A stretch of 64,000 nucleotides of DNA. Origin: Macrostomum lignano (Eukaryota). Where the stretch lies: the NCBI GenBank assembly GCA_002269645.1, contig NIVC01000268.1:62001-126000 (forward strand), written 5' to 3'. Positions 11,754 to 24,948 of the stretch are shown piece after piece (within the stretch, counting starts at the first letter, position 1; every line of letters starts with the position of its first letter). The notes beneath the pieces are model-generated. The model saw only the letters and a program-made list of their open reading frames with translations. It had not been told where the DNA came from and ran no database searches. Made by a program: the position numbers and the translations under genes.

Positions 11754-13810
11754 ATGGAAGCTGTCACTCCATTTCCCAATATTTAGTGGAAGCTGTCACC
11801 CCATTCCCCAATATTCAGTGGAAGCTGTCACCCCATTCCCCAATATTCAGTGGAAGCTGTCACCCCATTCCCCAATATTCAGTGGAAGCTGTCACCCCAT
11901 TCCCCAATATTCAGTGGAAGCTGTCACCCCATTCCTCAATATTCAGTGGAAGCTGTCACCCCATTCCCCAATATTCAGTGGAAGCTGTCACCCCATTCCC
12001 CAATATTCAGTGGAAGCTGTCACCCCATTTCCCAATATTCAGTGGAAGCTGTCACCCCATTTCCCCGATATTTAGTGGAAGCTGTCACCCCATTTCCCGA
12101 TATTCAGTGGAAGCTGTCACCCCATTTCCCAATATTCTGTGGAAGCTGTCACCCCATTTCCCGATATTTAGTGGAAGCTGTCACCCCATTTCCCGATATT
12201 CAGTGGAAGCTGTCACCCCATTCCCCAATATTCAGTGGAAGCTGTCACCCCATTTCCCGATATTTAGTGGAAGCTGTCACCCCATTTCCCAATATTCAGT
12301 GGAAGCTGTCACCCCATTTCCCGATATTTAGTGGAAGCTGTCACCCCATTCCCCAATATTCAGTGGAAGCTGTCACCCCATTTCCCGATATTCAGTGGAA
12401 GCTGTCACCCCATTTCCCAATATTCTGTGGAAGCTGTCACCCCATTTCCCGATATTTAGTGGAAGCTGTCACCCCATTTCCCGATATTTAGTGGAAGCTG
12501 TCACCCCATTCCCCAATATTCAGTGGAAGCTGTCACCCCATTTCCCGATATTCAGTGGAAGCTGTCACCCCATTTCCCAATATTCTGTGGAAGCTGTCAC
12601 CCCATTCCCCAATATTCAGTGGAAGCTGTCACCCCATTCCCCAATATTCTGTGGAAGCTGTCACCCCATTCCCCAATATTCAGTGGAAGCTGTCACCCCA
12701 TTCCCCAATATTCAGTGGAAGCTGTCACCCCATTCCCCAATATTCAGTGGAAGCTGTCACCCCATTCCCCAATATTCAGTGGAAGCTGTCACCCCATTCC
12801 CCAATATTCAGTGGAAGCTGTCACCCCATTCCCCAATATTCAGTGGAAGCTGTCACCCCATTCCCCAATATTCAGTGGAAGCTGTCACCCCATTCCCCAA
12901 TATTCAGTGGAAGCTGTCACCCCATTTCCCAATATTCAGTGGAAGCTGTCACCCCATTTCCCGATATTTAGTGGAAGCTGTCACCCCATTCCCCAATATT
13001 CAGTGGAAGCTGTCACCCCATTTCCCGATATTCAGTGGAAGCTGTCACCCCATTTCCCAATATTCTGTGGAAGCTGTCACCCCATTTCCCGATATTTAGT
13101 GGAAGCTGTCACCCCATTTCCCGATATTTAGTGGAAGCTGTCACCCCATTCCCCAATATTCAGTGGAAGCTGTCACCCCATTTCCCGATATTCAGTGGAA
13201 GCTGTCACCCCATTTCCCAATATTCTGTGGAAGCTGTCACCCCATTCCCCAATATTCAGTGGAAGCTGTCACCCCATTTCCCAATATTCTGTGGAAGCTG
13301 TCACCCCATTCCCCAATATTCAGTGGAAGCTGTCACCCCATTCCCCAATATTCAGTGGAAGCTGTCACCCCATTCCCCAATATTCAGTGGAAGCTGTCAC
13401 CCCATTCCCCAATATTCAGTGGAAGCTGTCACCCCATTCCCCAATATTCAGTGGAAGCTGTCACCCCATTCCCCAATATTCAGTGGAAGCTGTCACCCCA
13501 TTCCCCAATATTCAGTGGAAGCTGTCACCCCATTCCCCAATATTCAGTGGAAGCTGTCACCCCATTCCCCAATATTCAGTGGAAGCTGTCACCCCATTCC
13601 CCAATATTCAGTGGAAGCTGTCACCCCATTCCCCAATATTCAGTGGAAGCTGTCACCCCATTCCCCAATATTCAGTGGAAGCTGTCACCCCATTTCCCAA
13701 TATTCTGTGGAAGCTGTCACCCCATTCCCCAATATTCAGTGGAAGCTGTCACCCCATTCCCCAATATTCAGTGGAAGCTGTCACTCTATTTCCCGATATT
13801 CAGTGGAAGC
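11754..13810. repeat. 32-bp minisatellite (AGTGGAAGCTGTCACCCCATTCCCCAATATTC), about 64 copies
   Basis: Direct tandem repeats; 640-bp higher-order duplication. Confidence 0.97.
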
Positions 13811-14386
13811 AGAATCTAATAAATATGAGGCGAATTGTAATTTTAATGGAGAGAAACTACTCGTAAAACCAAGCTGTAACAAAATATTGCTAATGGCAGA
13901 AGCGCTGTTAACTGTACATGTTTACAGCAGCTACTCTGCATAAGTCATAAATCTTCTTGGCTGCCGAAGCAGAAACTTATCAACATTTGCATCCTTCGAC
14001 GCCAGCGAGATGTTGCACTTTTTGGGGAAGCAAATGAGGAAATTAGGAAATGACTTGCTCTAGATACGGCAGTTTTGGCCAGAATGAGATACTTGTGGAC
14101 TAACTAATTCGTAGGGATAGATGTCGTACACTCGTTCCTTAAGATATTGGCCTCGCAATCGTAATTGCTTCTGTTGATTGTAAAATCTACAGCTCAACAT
14201 GTTCAAGTGGCCGATTTTCTTCTAAAAGTACATTTGAAGCGCCAATATATGCGTAAGCGTGTTGCTTTTGTCTACAGTGTGTTATTTATAGACAATAATA
14301 TAATGAAAATGAAAATTGACTGCGGCTACATACTACTTGCTATCATACATGTCACTGTAAGCCTTTAGTCTACTAGGAATCCTGTA

Positions 14387-14431
14387 GTCTATGGTCAATA
14401 GCCTAATAGTAATAGGCTATTGACCATAGAC
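14387..14431. repeat. Perfect 19-bp inverted repeat with 7-nt loop
   Basis: GTCTATGGTCAATAGCCTA (14387-14405) is the reverse complement of TAGGCTATTGACCATAGAC (14413-14431). Confidence 0.9.
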
Positions 14432-16049
14432 ACATAAGGGCACATAATAGGCGCCCTCTGATTTTCCCATTAACGCCCTTAAAGCATGGGTATTACTATT
14501 ATTGTGCCATAGACATTTAATGTGTCCTTGACAGAGTGGGACAGAATAATCGGGCGTTAAATGTCATTAACTGCCCGCTAATTTCGATATTTCTTTTCTG
14601 CAAGCGGGCTTAAATGTAGTCTATGGCATTAAAAGGCAAGAATAAGTGCCCAGCGGGCACAATTAAGGTCATGGTACAATATAGTTATCTTATTTTTTTT
14701 CATGACCATTTTGTAAAAGAAACAGCAGGGATGTCATATAGAGACAGTGTGAATTGTCATAGAGAGGCAGTGGGGTCACGGGGTGTCATAGTGAGACATT
14801 GTCCATAAGCCACAGCCTGGCGTAATGACAAACTCAACTGGCCATTATTTCAGCCTTAGCAGGCGTTTGAACCATAGACGATTAGTTTAACTATGCATTT
14901 ATTAACTGATATAAGGGAATAATCGCAAACAGTTTACATGACATTCTGGAATACACTGAAAAAAGGATAGTCAAGAGAAGACTGAATCTGAAACGTACAA
15001 CTCTTGAAGTGGCAGTTCTCAAAGAAGTGAACTGCGCGTTCCGAATGCATCCGACCTGCAGATTAATGAACATTGTAAAAAATTCACAGTTGCTATATAA
15101 CCATTAGTAAAGCCACTAATTTACTTACAATGTTGACATATTATACTCACCATGCTTCACCCGCATCTCCTGTGTCATCTCCACTGAAGCATAGGTCGCA
15201 CGGTTCGTTCAGTCGTCGACAAGAAGATTTTTCCAATTAATAAGCGGGGCTGCTTGACGAGATGCACCAGCCATAGTTGTCTGGTACAACCGCTTTCCTG
15301 ATTTCTTGCGAGACGCAAACGAAATCAGCACTCATCACAGTGTTGTCTATGGTCAAACTAAGACACACATCTCAGTCGTCTATGTGTAAAATAACTCTCA
15401 AAACAGTCAATTGAAGCGTGATAAAAAGTGTGGAATAATGACCGCTTCCGGCACGCTGAAATAATGGCCTCTATGTGTCTTATAGACAATGATGTTGCGT
15501 AGTAGTTTGTCTTATAGACAATCACGAGTGTCCATGGCCATTATTTCAGTCCCCTTACCTACTACGCAATCTACCATTATTGAAAGTGCTGGATTAGTTA
15601 TATAATTAGCTGTATCATACAAGTTTTTCTAACTTACATGTAACTGCAACAAAGTTATGACACGCACTCATGCACTGTACTTTCATTTGCAACTCTACAT
15701 AATATTTCAATCTTGATGCACATGAACTGCATATGCTTAAAAGTCTACGAAGTTGAATAGATATTTCTTTTACAATTATTGACATCGTATCCTCAGACAG
15801 CTGGTGTGCATGAATGAATAATCGAGATACTCTTATAAAGAATTGTATTTTTCGTTTAGATTTTATTTCTAATTTTTGCTTGTCGTTTACGAAAGCAGCA
15901 ATTTGCATTCTTTTGAAGCCTTAGATCGGCTGTAGCGAATGTTAATTTATGAGCAAATTGGCGATCAAATTTCAGCTTTCTCATTCTGTATTCGTCCTTG
16001 AGACTGAAGTCTGTGCTTTAAAGGACAAGGGTGGCAGTGCATCTTGGCA

Positions 16050-16510
<461 letters not shown>

Positions 16511-17039
16511 TTTGCATGTAGACAAATGCATATTTGCACTTTTATAAATAGCTCCACAAGGATTAGCCTAGCATTGATGGTAAGCAACTCTAAGGCCGAA
16601 AAACAGTTTTATGAGGCTCCAATCTTATCGCTCAGATCTCTGAACTTCCGTCCCGCATTCAGCGCCGCAGACTGTCGTAAAAAAATAAATTAGTAAATTG
16701 GAAGATAAAACTTCATAGAATCGGATTTTGCAACGTAAGATAGAAGGCAAAACTAGGCTGAGGGGCCATTATCCGCAAATCACCACACCGTCTCTAAGAA
16801 AATCCATTAAAGCCCAACTGCTTTTTTAGATACGCGTACATTCAGCTAAATTGCCTGGGAAAAAAGCAATTTGCTGAAAGTTCCTGCTTCCAACTTCGTA
16901 GCAACTTCAGCCTCGGGCAATAAATTTTTGAAATGAGAATTTTAGTTTGTTCAGTTCCGGGAAGGAGTCAAAATATTTTTCTTCAACTTTTACGACGTTA
17001 AATTTTTGAGGAAGTAAATGTGGCTCATTTTTGCTCATA

Positions 17040-17700
<661 letters not shown>

Positions 17701-18538
17701 AGATACAGTGCAACTGAGCAGATGCACTCTTATGAACTAGCTCCAGGTCCTACAGGTTTTTGAATCAGGTGACAGTCTAATTCTGAAGTGGCTCCTTTTC
17801 TGACCTATCTTGTCATTCCTACATTTTTGTCTAAGCGCAATTTTCTTCAGTGGTACTTCAGATCTTTATAAGTAATGACAGCTCGTGCGCGATAAATTAC
17901 ACCTGGCATTTTTAAATTATTTGTAGTCTCAGAATTCCGTAAAACTGTTTTTAAATTCTGTAGTTTGTCTGACAATTCGGGTAGACTGTCTGACATTAAC
18001 AAATGTATGTTGTTGGATCAGCTTGATTATGAGATAATATACTCGTATTTTCGCCAAAGTCTATGGATTAATTACTTGTGGTTCGATTTTTTTAAACTAG
18101 ATGAAAATTGTTAACGACAGAGAAAAATCAGTTGCATTCCACAGAATATCGTACACTGTGTTGAGTATTTTAGCTTAGCAACTGTGCAAGCGCGATGAAG
18201 CTTGACCAGCATCATTGGCTGCGGCTATTTGAACAGCTCTCCGTACAAACCAATGGGAAATCGCCTAAGAAGATCCCTAAAGCACAGTGCGATCAGTGCA
18301 GTGAGGCGAGGAACCTCTAGGCAAGCCTTTTTGAGTCGCCGTCCCTCGTCGTGTTTAGTGGGACAGAGAGAAAGCATTGAACCCCCCGCGGCTATTTCTT
18401 GGCTCGCAGCTTAGCGACACTGAGGTCCGCTTCCCAAATCCCCTATCCGAGAGACTGGAAAATAATCCCCTCTCCTGGCTGGTTTCTGCTTTCGATTGAC
18501 TGCAAATCGAGCCTGCAACACAGCAATTGGTACAGCCG

Positions 18539-19684
18539 ATGCCGCCGCTATCGATCTGCTCAAACGGGTCCTCAACTGAGTCCGCCCTCTCTTTCCTATG
18601 GACTTCCCAGGACTTGCCGCTTCGCTTGCTGACCCTGCTGCTCATGACGCTGCTCATTGTTGAGACCCTGGTTGGCAACTCGCTGGTCATCTGCTCCGTG
18701 GCCAGATTTCGTCGATTGCGTTCGCAGAAATGCTTCCATCTCTTGGCGTCCTTAGCAACTGCGGATATTGCTATCGCTCTGACCGTGATGACCTCGTCTA
18801 CAGCCTACGTGTTCCTGAAGTGCTGGCCGTTTGGCGATCTGTTCTGCAAATTCTTTCAATCCTGCGACATCATGTGCTGCACGGCCAGCATCCTGCACCT
18901 GTGCCTCATCAGTCTGGACAGGTACATCGCAGTCAACAAGCCGCTGCGCTATCGCCAGATTGTACAGCCCAGACGAATTGTCGCTTCGGTCGGCGTGGTC
19001 TGGACGGTCAGCATCGGTCTGAGCTTCGGCCCGGTGTTCTCCGGCCTGGTGCGACCAGTTGAAGCTGCATCGGCCGAACCGTCAGACACCGGGGTGCCGC
19101 AGTGCCGCATGGAGGTGAACCGCTCCTACGCCGTGGTGTCAGCAAGCACGTCTTTCTTCCTGCCGTTGCTGGTGATGACGCTGGCCTACGCCAGGGTGCA
19201 CCGGATCGCCACCGACCAGTGCGAGCTCATCAGGGCGCAGCAGGGCGGCCTGGCCTGCCGGCAGATCCGGCACGAGACCAAAGCCACGAAGACGCTCGGC
19301 CTGATCCTTGGCTGTTTCTACGTCTGCTGGTTGCCCTTCTTTGTCATGTACGTTGCCTGCCCGTTCACGGCTAGCCAGTGCAGCGGCCTGGCCAGCTGGC
19401 ACGTGGACCTGATCACCTGGATTGGCTACCTAAACTCTGGCCTGAATCCCATACTGTACTGCTTCAATCAGAGAGAGTTCCGGTGCGCGTTCCAGCAGCT
19501 GCTCGGCATCCGGACGGGCGGGGCCTCGGCCGCAGGCTACCTCCGGTCGGAGCGGCAACAGAACTCGGGCAGTTACTCCCTCACTGGCTACCTGGATGGC
19601 AACACCTTGCCGTTGGTGTCGAGGGTGCCGCCTGCTCAGGTTGCTAACAGCTCACCGAGGCGCAGACGTCAACGCCGCCTGCTT

Positions 19685-19724
<40 letters not shown>

Positions 19725-19840
19725 CTGTGCAACAACAACGAGAATTTCTGAGTCCATTAGCCGCCGAATTCAATGAAGAGTTTTGTCAAAGCGAGACTGT
19801 GTCCATTCTCGGTGGCAGCGGAGATGAAGCGACTCTTTAA
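18539..19840 (+). CDS. Intronless class A biogenic-amine GPCR, probably Gs-type (D1-dopamine/beta-octopamine-like), 433 aa
   Basis: Seven hydrophobic segments. Motifs: TM1 GN, TM2 LATAD, TM3 Asp (SCDIMCCTAS), DRY, TM5 SASTSFFLP, TM6 CWLPFF, TM7 NPILY. N-terminal NGS sequon, short ICL3, polyQ in the C-tail. First in-frame ATG is at 18539 (the track starts at a TTG). Confidence 0.9.
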
Positions 19841-20074
19841 TGTTGCGATGAATTTACTCAATGATCAAAGAGTAATTTGAATCGATTTGTCTGGCAGATT
19901 TAGTTGAGTAGTTTTGTGAAATTCATTCTGATTTGCTTTTAAAAGCTAAAGGTGTGTTTGTTGCTCAAGAAGCTTTAGGATGCGTTGGTCAGGAATTCCA
20001 AGGTGTGTTGGTCAGGACCTTGTGTATATCAGGTAGATTTGAAGTGTGTCCGTCAGGAATCTGGGATGTGTCGA

Positions 20075-20517
20075 CAGGCTGGTCGAGGTGGCATCGAGCG
20101 TCGGTCTGGTTGTCAACACGCTGATGACCGAGGTGCTGACTGTGCCGGCCGACTCACACTCAGGGCTGCTCCGTGCAGCCTTTCGAGCTGACGAGAGCGT
20201 CGGGACCGAGGCCCTGTACGATCGGGCCAAGCTGCAGCACCCGTCCATCAGCCTGCACCGGCGGCGACTTCAACTGGCGGGCCACGTGTTCTTGCCCCCA
20301 ACCTGTTTAGAACGTCCTGCTGCTCACCTTGCAGGGCCCGTTCAGGCGGGGTCAGGCCCGAACCCGTCGATACGTGGACTGCCTCCTAAAATGTATGCAA
20401 CGCTGGGGCGCCCGACACTGCCAACAGCGGAGCGGACTTCGTCCGCTTTCAGGCTCTGCGGCGCGCTTTCTGACGCACCCTGCTCTAAGTGTGACGCTGT
20501 ATGCGGGGCTGCGTACT

Positions 20518-20550
<33 letters not shown>

Positions 20551-20555
20551 CTGTT

Positions 20556-20586
<31 letters not shown>

Positions 20587-20602
20587 GTGGTGGTGGTGGT
20601 GG
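20075..20602 (+). mobile_element. 5'-truncated, internally deleted RTE-clade non-LTR retrotransposon remnant with (GTT)n tail
   Basis: Translations LVEVASSVGLVVNT (late RT region, GL.IN..KT-like), ALYDRAKL...RRRLQLAGHV and RRGQARTRRYVDCLL (RTE C-terminal motifs), followed by (GTT)n at about 20518-20602. Confidence 0.7.
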
Positions 20603-20900
20603 TCAGGAAGCTGTGGGGTGTGTCAGTCAGGAAGCTGTAGGGTGTGTCGGTCAGGAAGCTGTGGGGTGTGTCGGGCACAGGAAGCTGTGGGGTGTATCGG
20701 GCACAGGAAGCTGTGGGATATGTCGGGCTCAGGAAGCGGTGGGGTGTGTCGGTCAGGAAGCTGTGGGTGTGTTGATCAGGAAGCTGTGGGGTGTGTCGGT
20801 CAGGAAGCTGTGGGGTGTGTCGGTCACAGGAAGCTGTGGGGTATGTCAGTCACAGGAAGCTGTGGGGTGTGTCAGTCACAGGAAGCTGTGGGTGTGTCGG
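20603..20900. repeat. 24-bp minisatellite (CAGGAAGCTGTGGGGTGTGTCGGT)n
   Basis: Direct repeats; degenerate copies also at about 19960-20075. Confidence 0.9.
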
Positions 20901-21436
20901 TCATCAGTGTGTGCCATTCTTAAAAATATTGCTAATTGGATGTCGAACTACAGCTAGAAAGAGGTGCAGCGCCCGTCATTGCATTCAAGTTACACGGTTA
21001 ATTATCCTTTGAAGTTCCGCTCTGAAAAGAGGAATCCATAGCAAATCTCATGTCGATCAATTGTCTAGCTAATTAGTCAAATTTTGAGCGTAAAAAATTA
21101 AAATTCATTTTTGTCTTGTGAAACAATGAGTCCTTTTAGTACTTAATTATAAACCCCGTATTGCTTAGACTTAAACAGACTGTATTTCAACTGTATTTCA
21201 ACTGTATGCATCGTGAATTGGAAATCATAAAAACTCATTATCTTGTCATTTTAGTTATAGTAGTTTTGCATTTTCTCGATGGGCTGGCGCTGATTCAGAA
21301 AGCTTTGCTCATTAAGGAACGAAAGATTTTTCTCTGTGCTTTGCAGGTTTCGTGACTGATTATGTTTGTTAAACAACTCTGAAATAATAAATCATAAATA
21401 CGAGGATTGATAATTTTTGCTAAGTGGCTTCAATTC

Positions 21437-22125
21437 CAGTCACGTGACTCCCGGTTGTCAGTTGATTTAGTAGTCACGAGATTTACGGTTATCGATTAAA
21501 TTACCAGTCACGTGATTCCTGGTTGTCGATTGAATTGTAGTCACGTGATTCCCATTTTTTACTTGATTAACCAGTCACTGATTCCCATCTGTCGATTGAA
21601 TTGCAGTCACGTGATTCCCATTTGTTACTTGATTAACCAGTCACGTGATTCCCATTTGTCGATTGAATTGCAGTCACGTGATTCGCATTTGTTACTTGAA
21701 TAACTAGTCACGTGATTTGCATTTGTTACTTGAATAACTAGTCACGTTATTCCCATTTGTCGATTGAATTGCAGTCACGTGATTCCCATTTGTTACTTGA
21801 TTAACCAGTCACGTGATTCCCATTTGTCGATTGAATTGCAGTCACGTGATTCGCATTTGTTACTTGAATAACTAGTCACGTGATTTGCATTTGTTACTTG
21901 AATAACTAGTCACGTTATTCCCATTTGTCGATTGAATTGCAGTCACGTGATTCCCATTTGTTACTTGATTAACCAGTCACGTGATTCCCATTTGTCGATT
22001 GAATTGCAGTCACGTGATTTGCATTTGTTACTTGAATAACTAGTCACGTGATTCCCATTTGTCGATTGAATTGCAGTCACGTGATTCCCATTTGTTACTT
22101 GATTAACAAGTCACGTGATTCCCAA
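21437..22125. repeat. 33/34-bp two-variant minisatellite with GTCACGTGA (E-box) core
   Basis: Units CAGTCACGTGATTCCCATTTGTCGATTGAATTG and CAGTCACGTGATTCCCATTTGTTACTTGATTAAC, largely alternating. Confidence 0.95.
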
Positions 22126-22654
22126 TTTGACCTTGCAAGTTTAAAGCTAAGAAGAAGATTTTTTTATTATCACTCACTATTGTCAGGTCTATATTGTTAA
22201 TTTGCATGCATTCAATGGAGAGTATACTCATTATCAACTCAATAGAATGACTATAGATGCCTTTTCAATAATAAACTGCTACTTTATAAATATGAAAATT
22301 GCTTAACTGATAAAAATTTTGAATGCGCAATGAAAGCGCTACCACGTACAACATTGCTTCAAAATATCTTCAAGAGTGCACGAGAGACTTGAGCATTATA
22401 TAGTTAACCGTATTCGCTGTGTATAACTTTTATACCACTCTGCAAATATTAAAAGATGGACCAGACCAGACAGGTCAAGGATGAATGAACCGGATGCGCT
22501 CATGACAGGCTTCATGACAGGCTACTGGGCGATCAGCTTAGCCTAAGGGCGGGGGTTGATGCTTATTTCTGGCTGGCTGTGTCCGTGGCAACAGCGCTGG
22601 AAACTCGAATTATTCTGAAGCTGACCTTGCTGTCTCTGCTTTCGTCCGCAACAG

Positions 22655-22940
22655 TTCAGCGCCTTCTCACTTCTGTGCCCTCCCCTCTGCCCTCCCCTCC
22701 TCTCTGCCCTCCCCTCCTCTCTGCCCTCCCCTCCTCTCTGCCCTCCCCTCTGCCCTGGCCTCCCCTCTGCCCTTCCACTCCCCTCTGCCCTGCCCTCTGC
22801 CCTGCCCTCTCCTCTGCCCTGCCCTCTGCCCTGCCCTCTCCTCTGCCCTGCCCTCTCCTCCGCCCTCCCCACTCCTCTGCCCTCCCCTCTCCTCTGCCCT
22901 CCCCTCTCCTCTGCCACCCTCTCTGCCTCCCCTCTCCTAT
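22655..22940. repeat. C/T-rich low-complexity repeat (CCCTCCTCTG-like)
   Basis: Direct reading. Confidence 0.9.
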
Positions 22941-23689
22941 GCCCCTAGAGATGGCAAGGCCATCAGTAAAATCAAACAAAAGCCCCTGAGAAATGCCCTC
23001 AAACTACCAAAAACTTGAGAGAAAGATTCAAAATCTTTCTGCTCCATTAAGAATCTCTCGCCACATCCTGCAGTGCCCCCCCCCCACACTTGTCAATCTG
23101 TCAGCAGCTTCAGAGGAGAAGTAAAAGCTGGACAAAAGTGCACAGACATAAAAGCAGAAAATTAACAGAGGCAGCGAAAGATGGAATAGGAATTGGCTTG
23201 TTTCTACCGGCAACAGATGGCACTCTACCCATAACCACGCCATCTCAGCTGGGTATTGGGGCTTTTTCTCACTGTGCGCAGTTGCCTAAATTTCGTGCAC
23301 TTGTCACTGAAGTGGAGAAAATAGAAGGAAGAGACATATGAGAAACACGCCGGCATAAACAGAGAGCGGGCTGCCTCATAGTTAGTTGTACGCGCGTCCG
23401 ATAGCTAGTGACACTTCATCAGCGGGATGGCTGCATTGAGAAACTGTCGCCTTCTTTAATTACACTCGTAGCACCTTGAAACAGTTTGATTTATTGCCAT
23501 GTGCTATTTTTCCTCGCTGTCTATGATTTTGACCTCTTCTTCGCTTTGGGATTAGTTTGAAATCATAAAAATCAAAGTGCTAATCTTTTCTTTACAAACT
23601 CAATTTTATTTACAGTAAGTTTTTTGTTTATTTGGAGAAAAATATTTGCACTACAAACATTTTATGATTTAAAGCCATAAAGCTGAGCC

Positions 23690-24480
23690 TCACTCCAGCT
23701 AGACCCCACTCCTGCACCCCCTCACTCCACTCAGACTCCACTCCTGCACCTACCTCACTCCGCTCAGACTCCACTCCTGCACCCACCTCACTCCGCTCAG
23801 ACCCCACTCCTGCACCCACCTCACTCCGCTCAGACCCCACTCCTGCACCCACCTCACTCCGCACAGACTCCACTCTTGCACCCACCTCACTCCGCTCAGA
23901 CTCCACTCCTGCACCCACCTCACTCCGCACAGACTTCACTCTTGCACCCACCTCACTCCGCACAGACTCCACTCCTGCACCCCCTCACTCCGCACAGACT
24001 CCACTCCTGCACCCACCTCACTTCCGCTCAGACTCCACTCCTGCACCCCTCACTCCGCACAGACTCCACTCCTGCACCCCTCACTTCCGCTCAGACTCCA
24101 CTCCTGCACCCCTCACTTCCGCTCAGACTCCACTCCTGCACCCCTCACTCCGCACAGACTCCACTCCTGCACCCCTCACTTCCGCTCAGACTCCACTCCT
24201 GCACCCCTCACTTCCGCTCAGACTCCACTCCTGCACCCCTCACTCCGCACAGACTCCACTCCTGCACCCCTCACTCCGCACAGACTCCACTCCTGCACCC
24301 CTCACTCCGCACAGACTCCACTCCTGCACCCCCTCACTCCGCACAGACCCCACTCCTGCACCACCTCACTCCGCACAGACTTCACTCCTGCACCCCCTCA
24401 CTCCGCTCAGACCCGACTCTTGCACCCACGTTACTCAACTCAGACCCACTCCTGCACCCACCGCACTCCGTCCAAACCCC
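23690..24480. repeat. About 31-33-bp minisatellite (CACTCCGCACAGACTCCACTCCTGCACCCCT)n
   Basis: Direct repeats. Confidence 0.94.
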
Positions 24481-24773
24481 AATTTTAGAGCCTCCTGACC
24501 TTCAGTTTAATCAGACGATTAAAATCTGCAGACTGGAAAGTCTTCAATGAGGCAGGAGGCCGGGTACGAGTAAAATGTTAGATTTTTTAATCAGGAAATT
24601 GCAGAAGTTTTGCCTGAAAAAAATTTCGATGGTTAAAAACATTACTTTTCCGGAAATAAAATTTAAAACAATGGATTTGCATTATAAAACATTTGCAAAT
24701 TAAATCAATGATATTTTTTGTTTTTGTAGACTGGCAAGAATTTAAATCAGTAAAAAGCCCTGCGTTAGTAACT

Positions 24774-24948
24774 GGTTGCTTTTACAAACGCGAAATCACC
24801 TACTTTCATAAACGCGAAACTTCATAACCGCTAAAAAGACTGTCGTATATGAAAGTAAGTGCAAAAATTTTAATGGTTGTGAAGTTTCGCGGTTGTGAAA
24901 GTAGGTGATTTAGCGGTTGTGAAGTTTCGCGTTTGTGAAACCCCACCC
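24774..24948. mobile_element. 175-bp MITE-like foldback element with 9-bp target-site duplication (Mutator-like)
   Basis: TTAGTAACT flanks both sides (24765-24773, 24949-24957). The left arm AAACGCGAAATCACCTACTTTCATAAACGCGAAACTTCATAACCGCTAAAA is an imperfect inverted repeat of the right arm. Confidence 0.7.

Noticed and set aside
11754-13810. CRISPR-like appearance of 29-35-bp repeat arrays (also 39150-41335, 10325-11275, 57525-58010)
   Set aside because: Repeats are head-to-tail with no unique spacers, there are no cas genes, and the context is eukaryotic.
11687-13943. Multiple 200-300 aa ORFs (VEAVTPFPNIQWKLSPH)
   Set aside because: A 32-bp tandem repeat read in all frames; no unique coding content.
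18730-19647. Overlapping alternative-frame and antisense ORFs within the GPCR (and likewise within RBBP6 exon 5)
   Set aside because: Expected shadows of GC-rich coding sequence.
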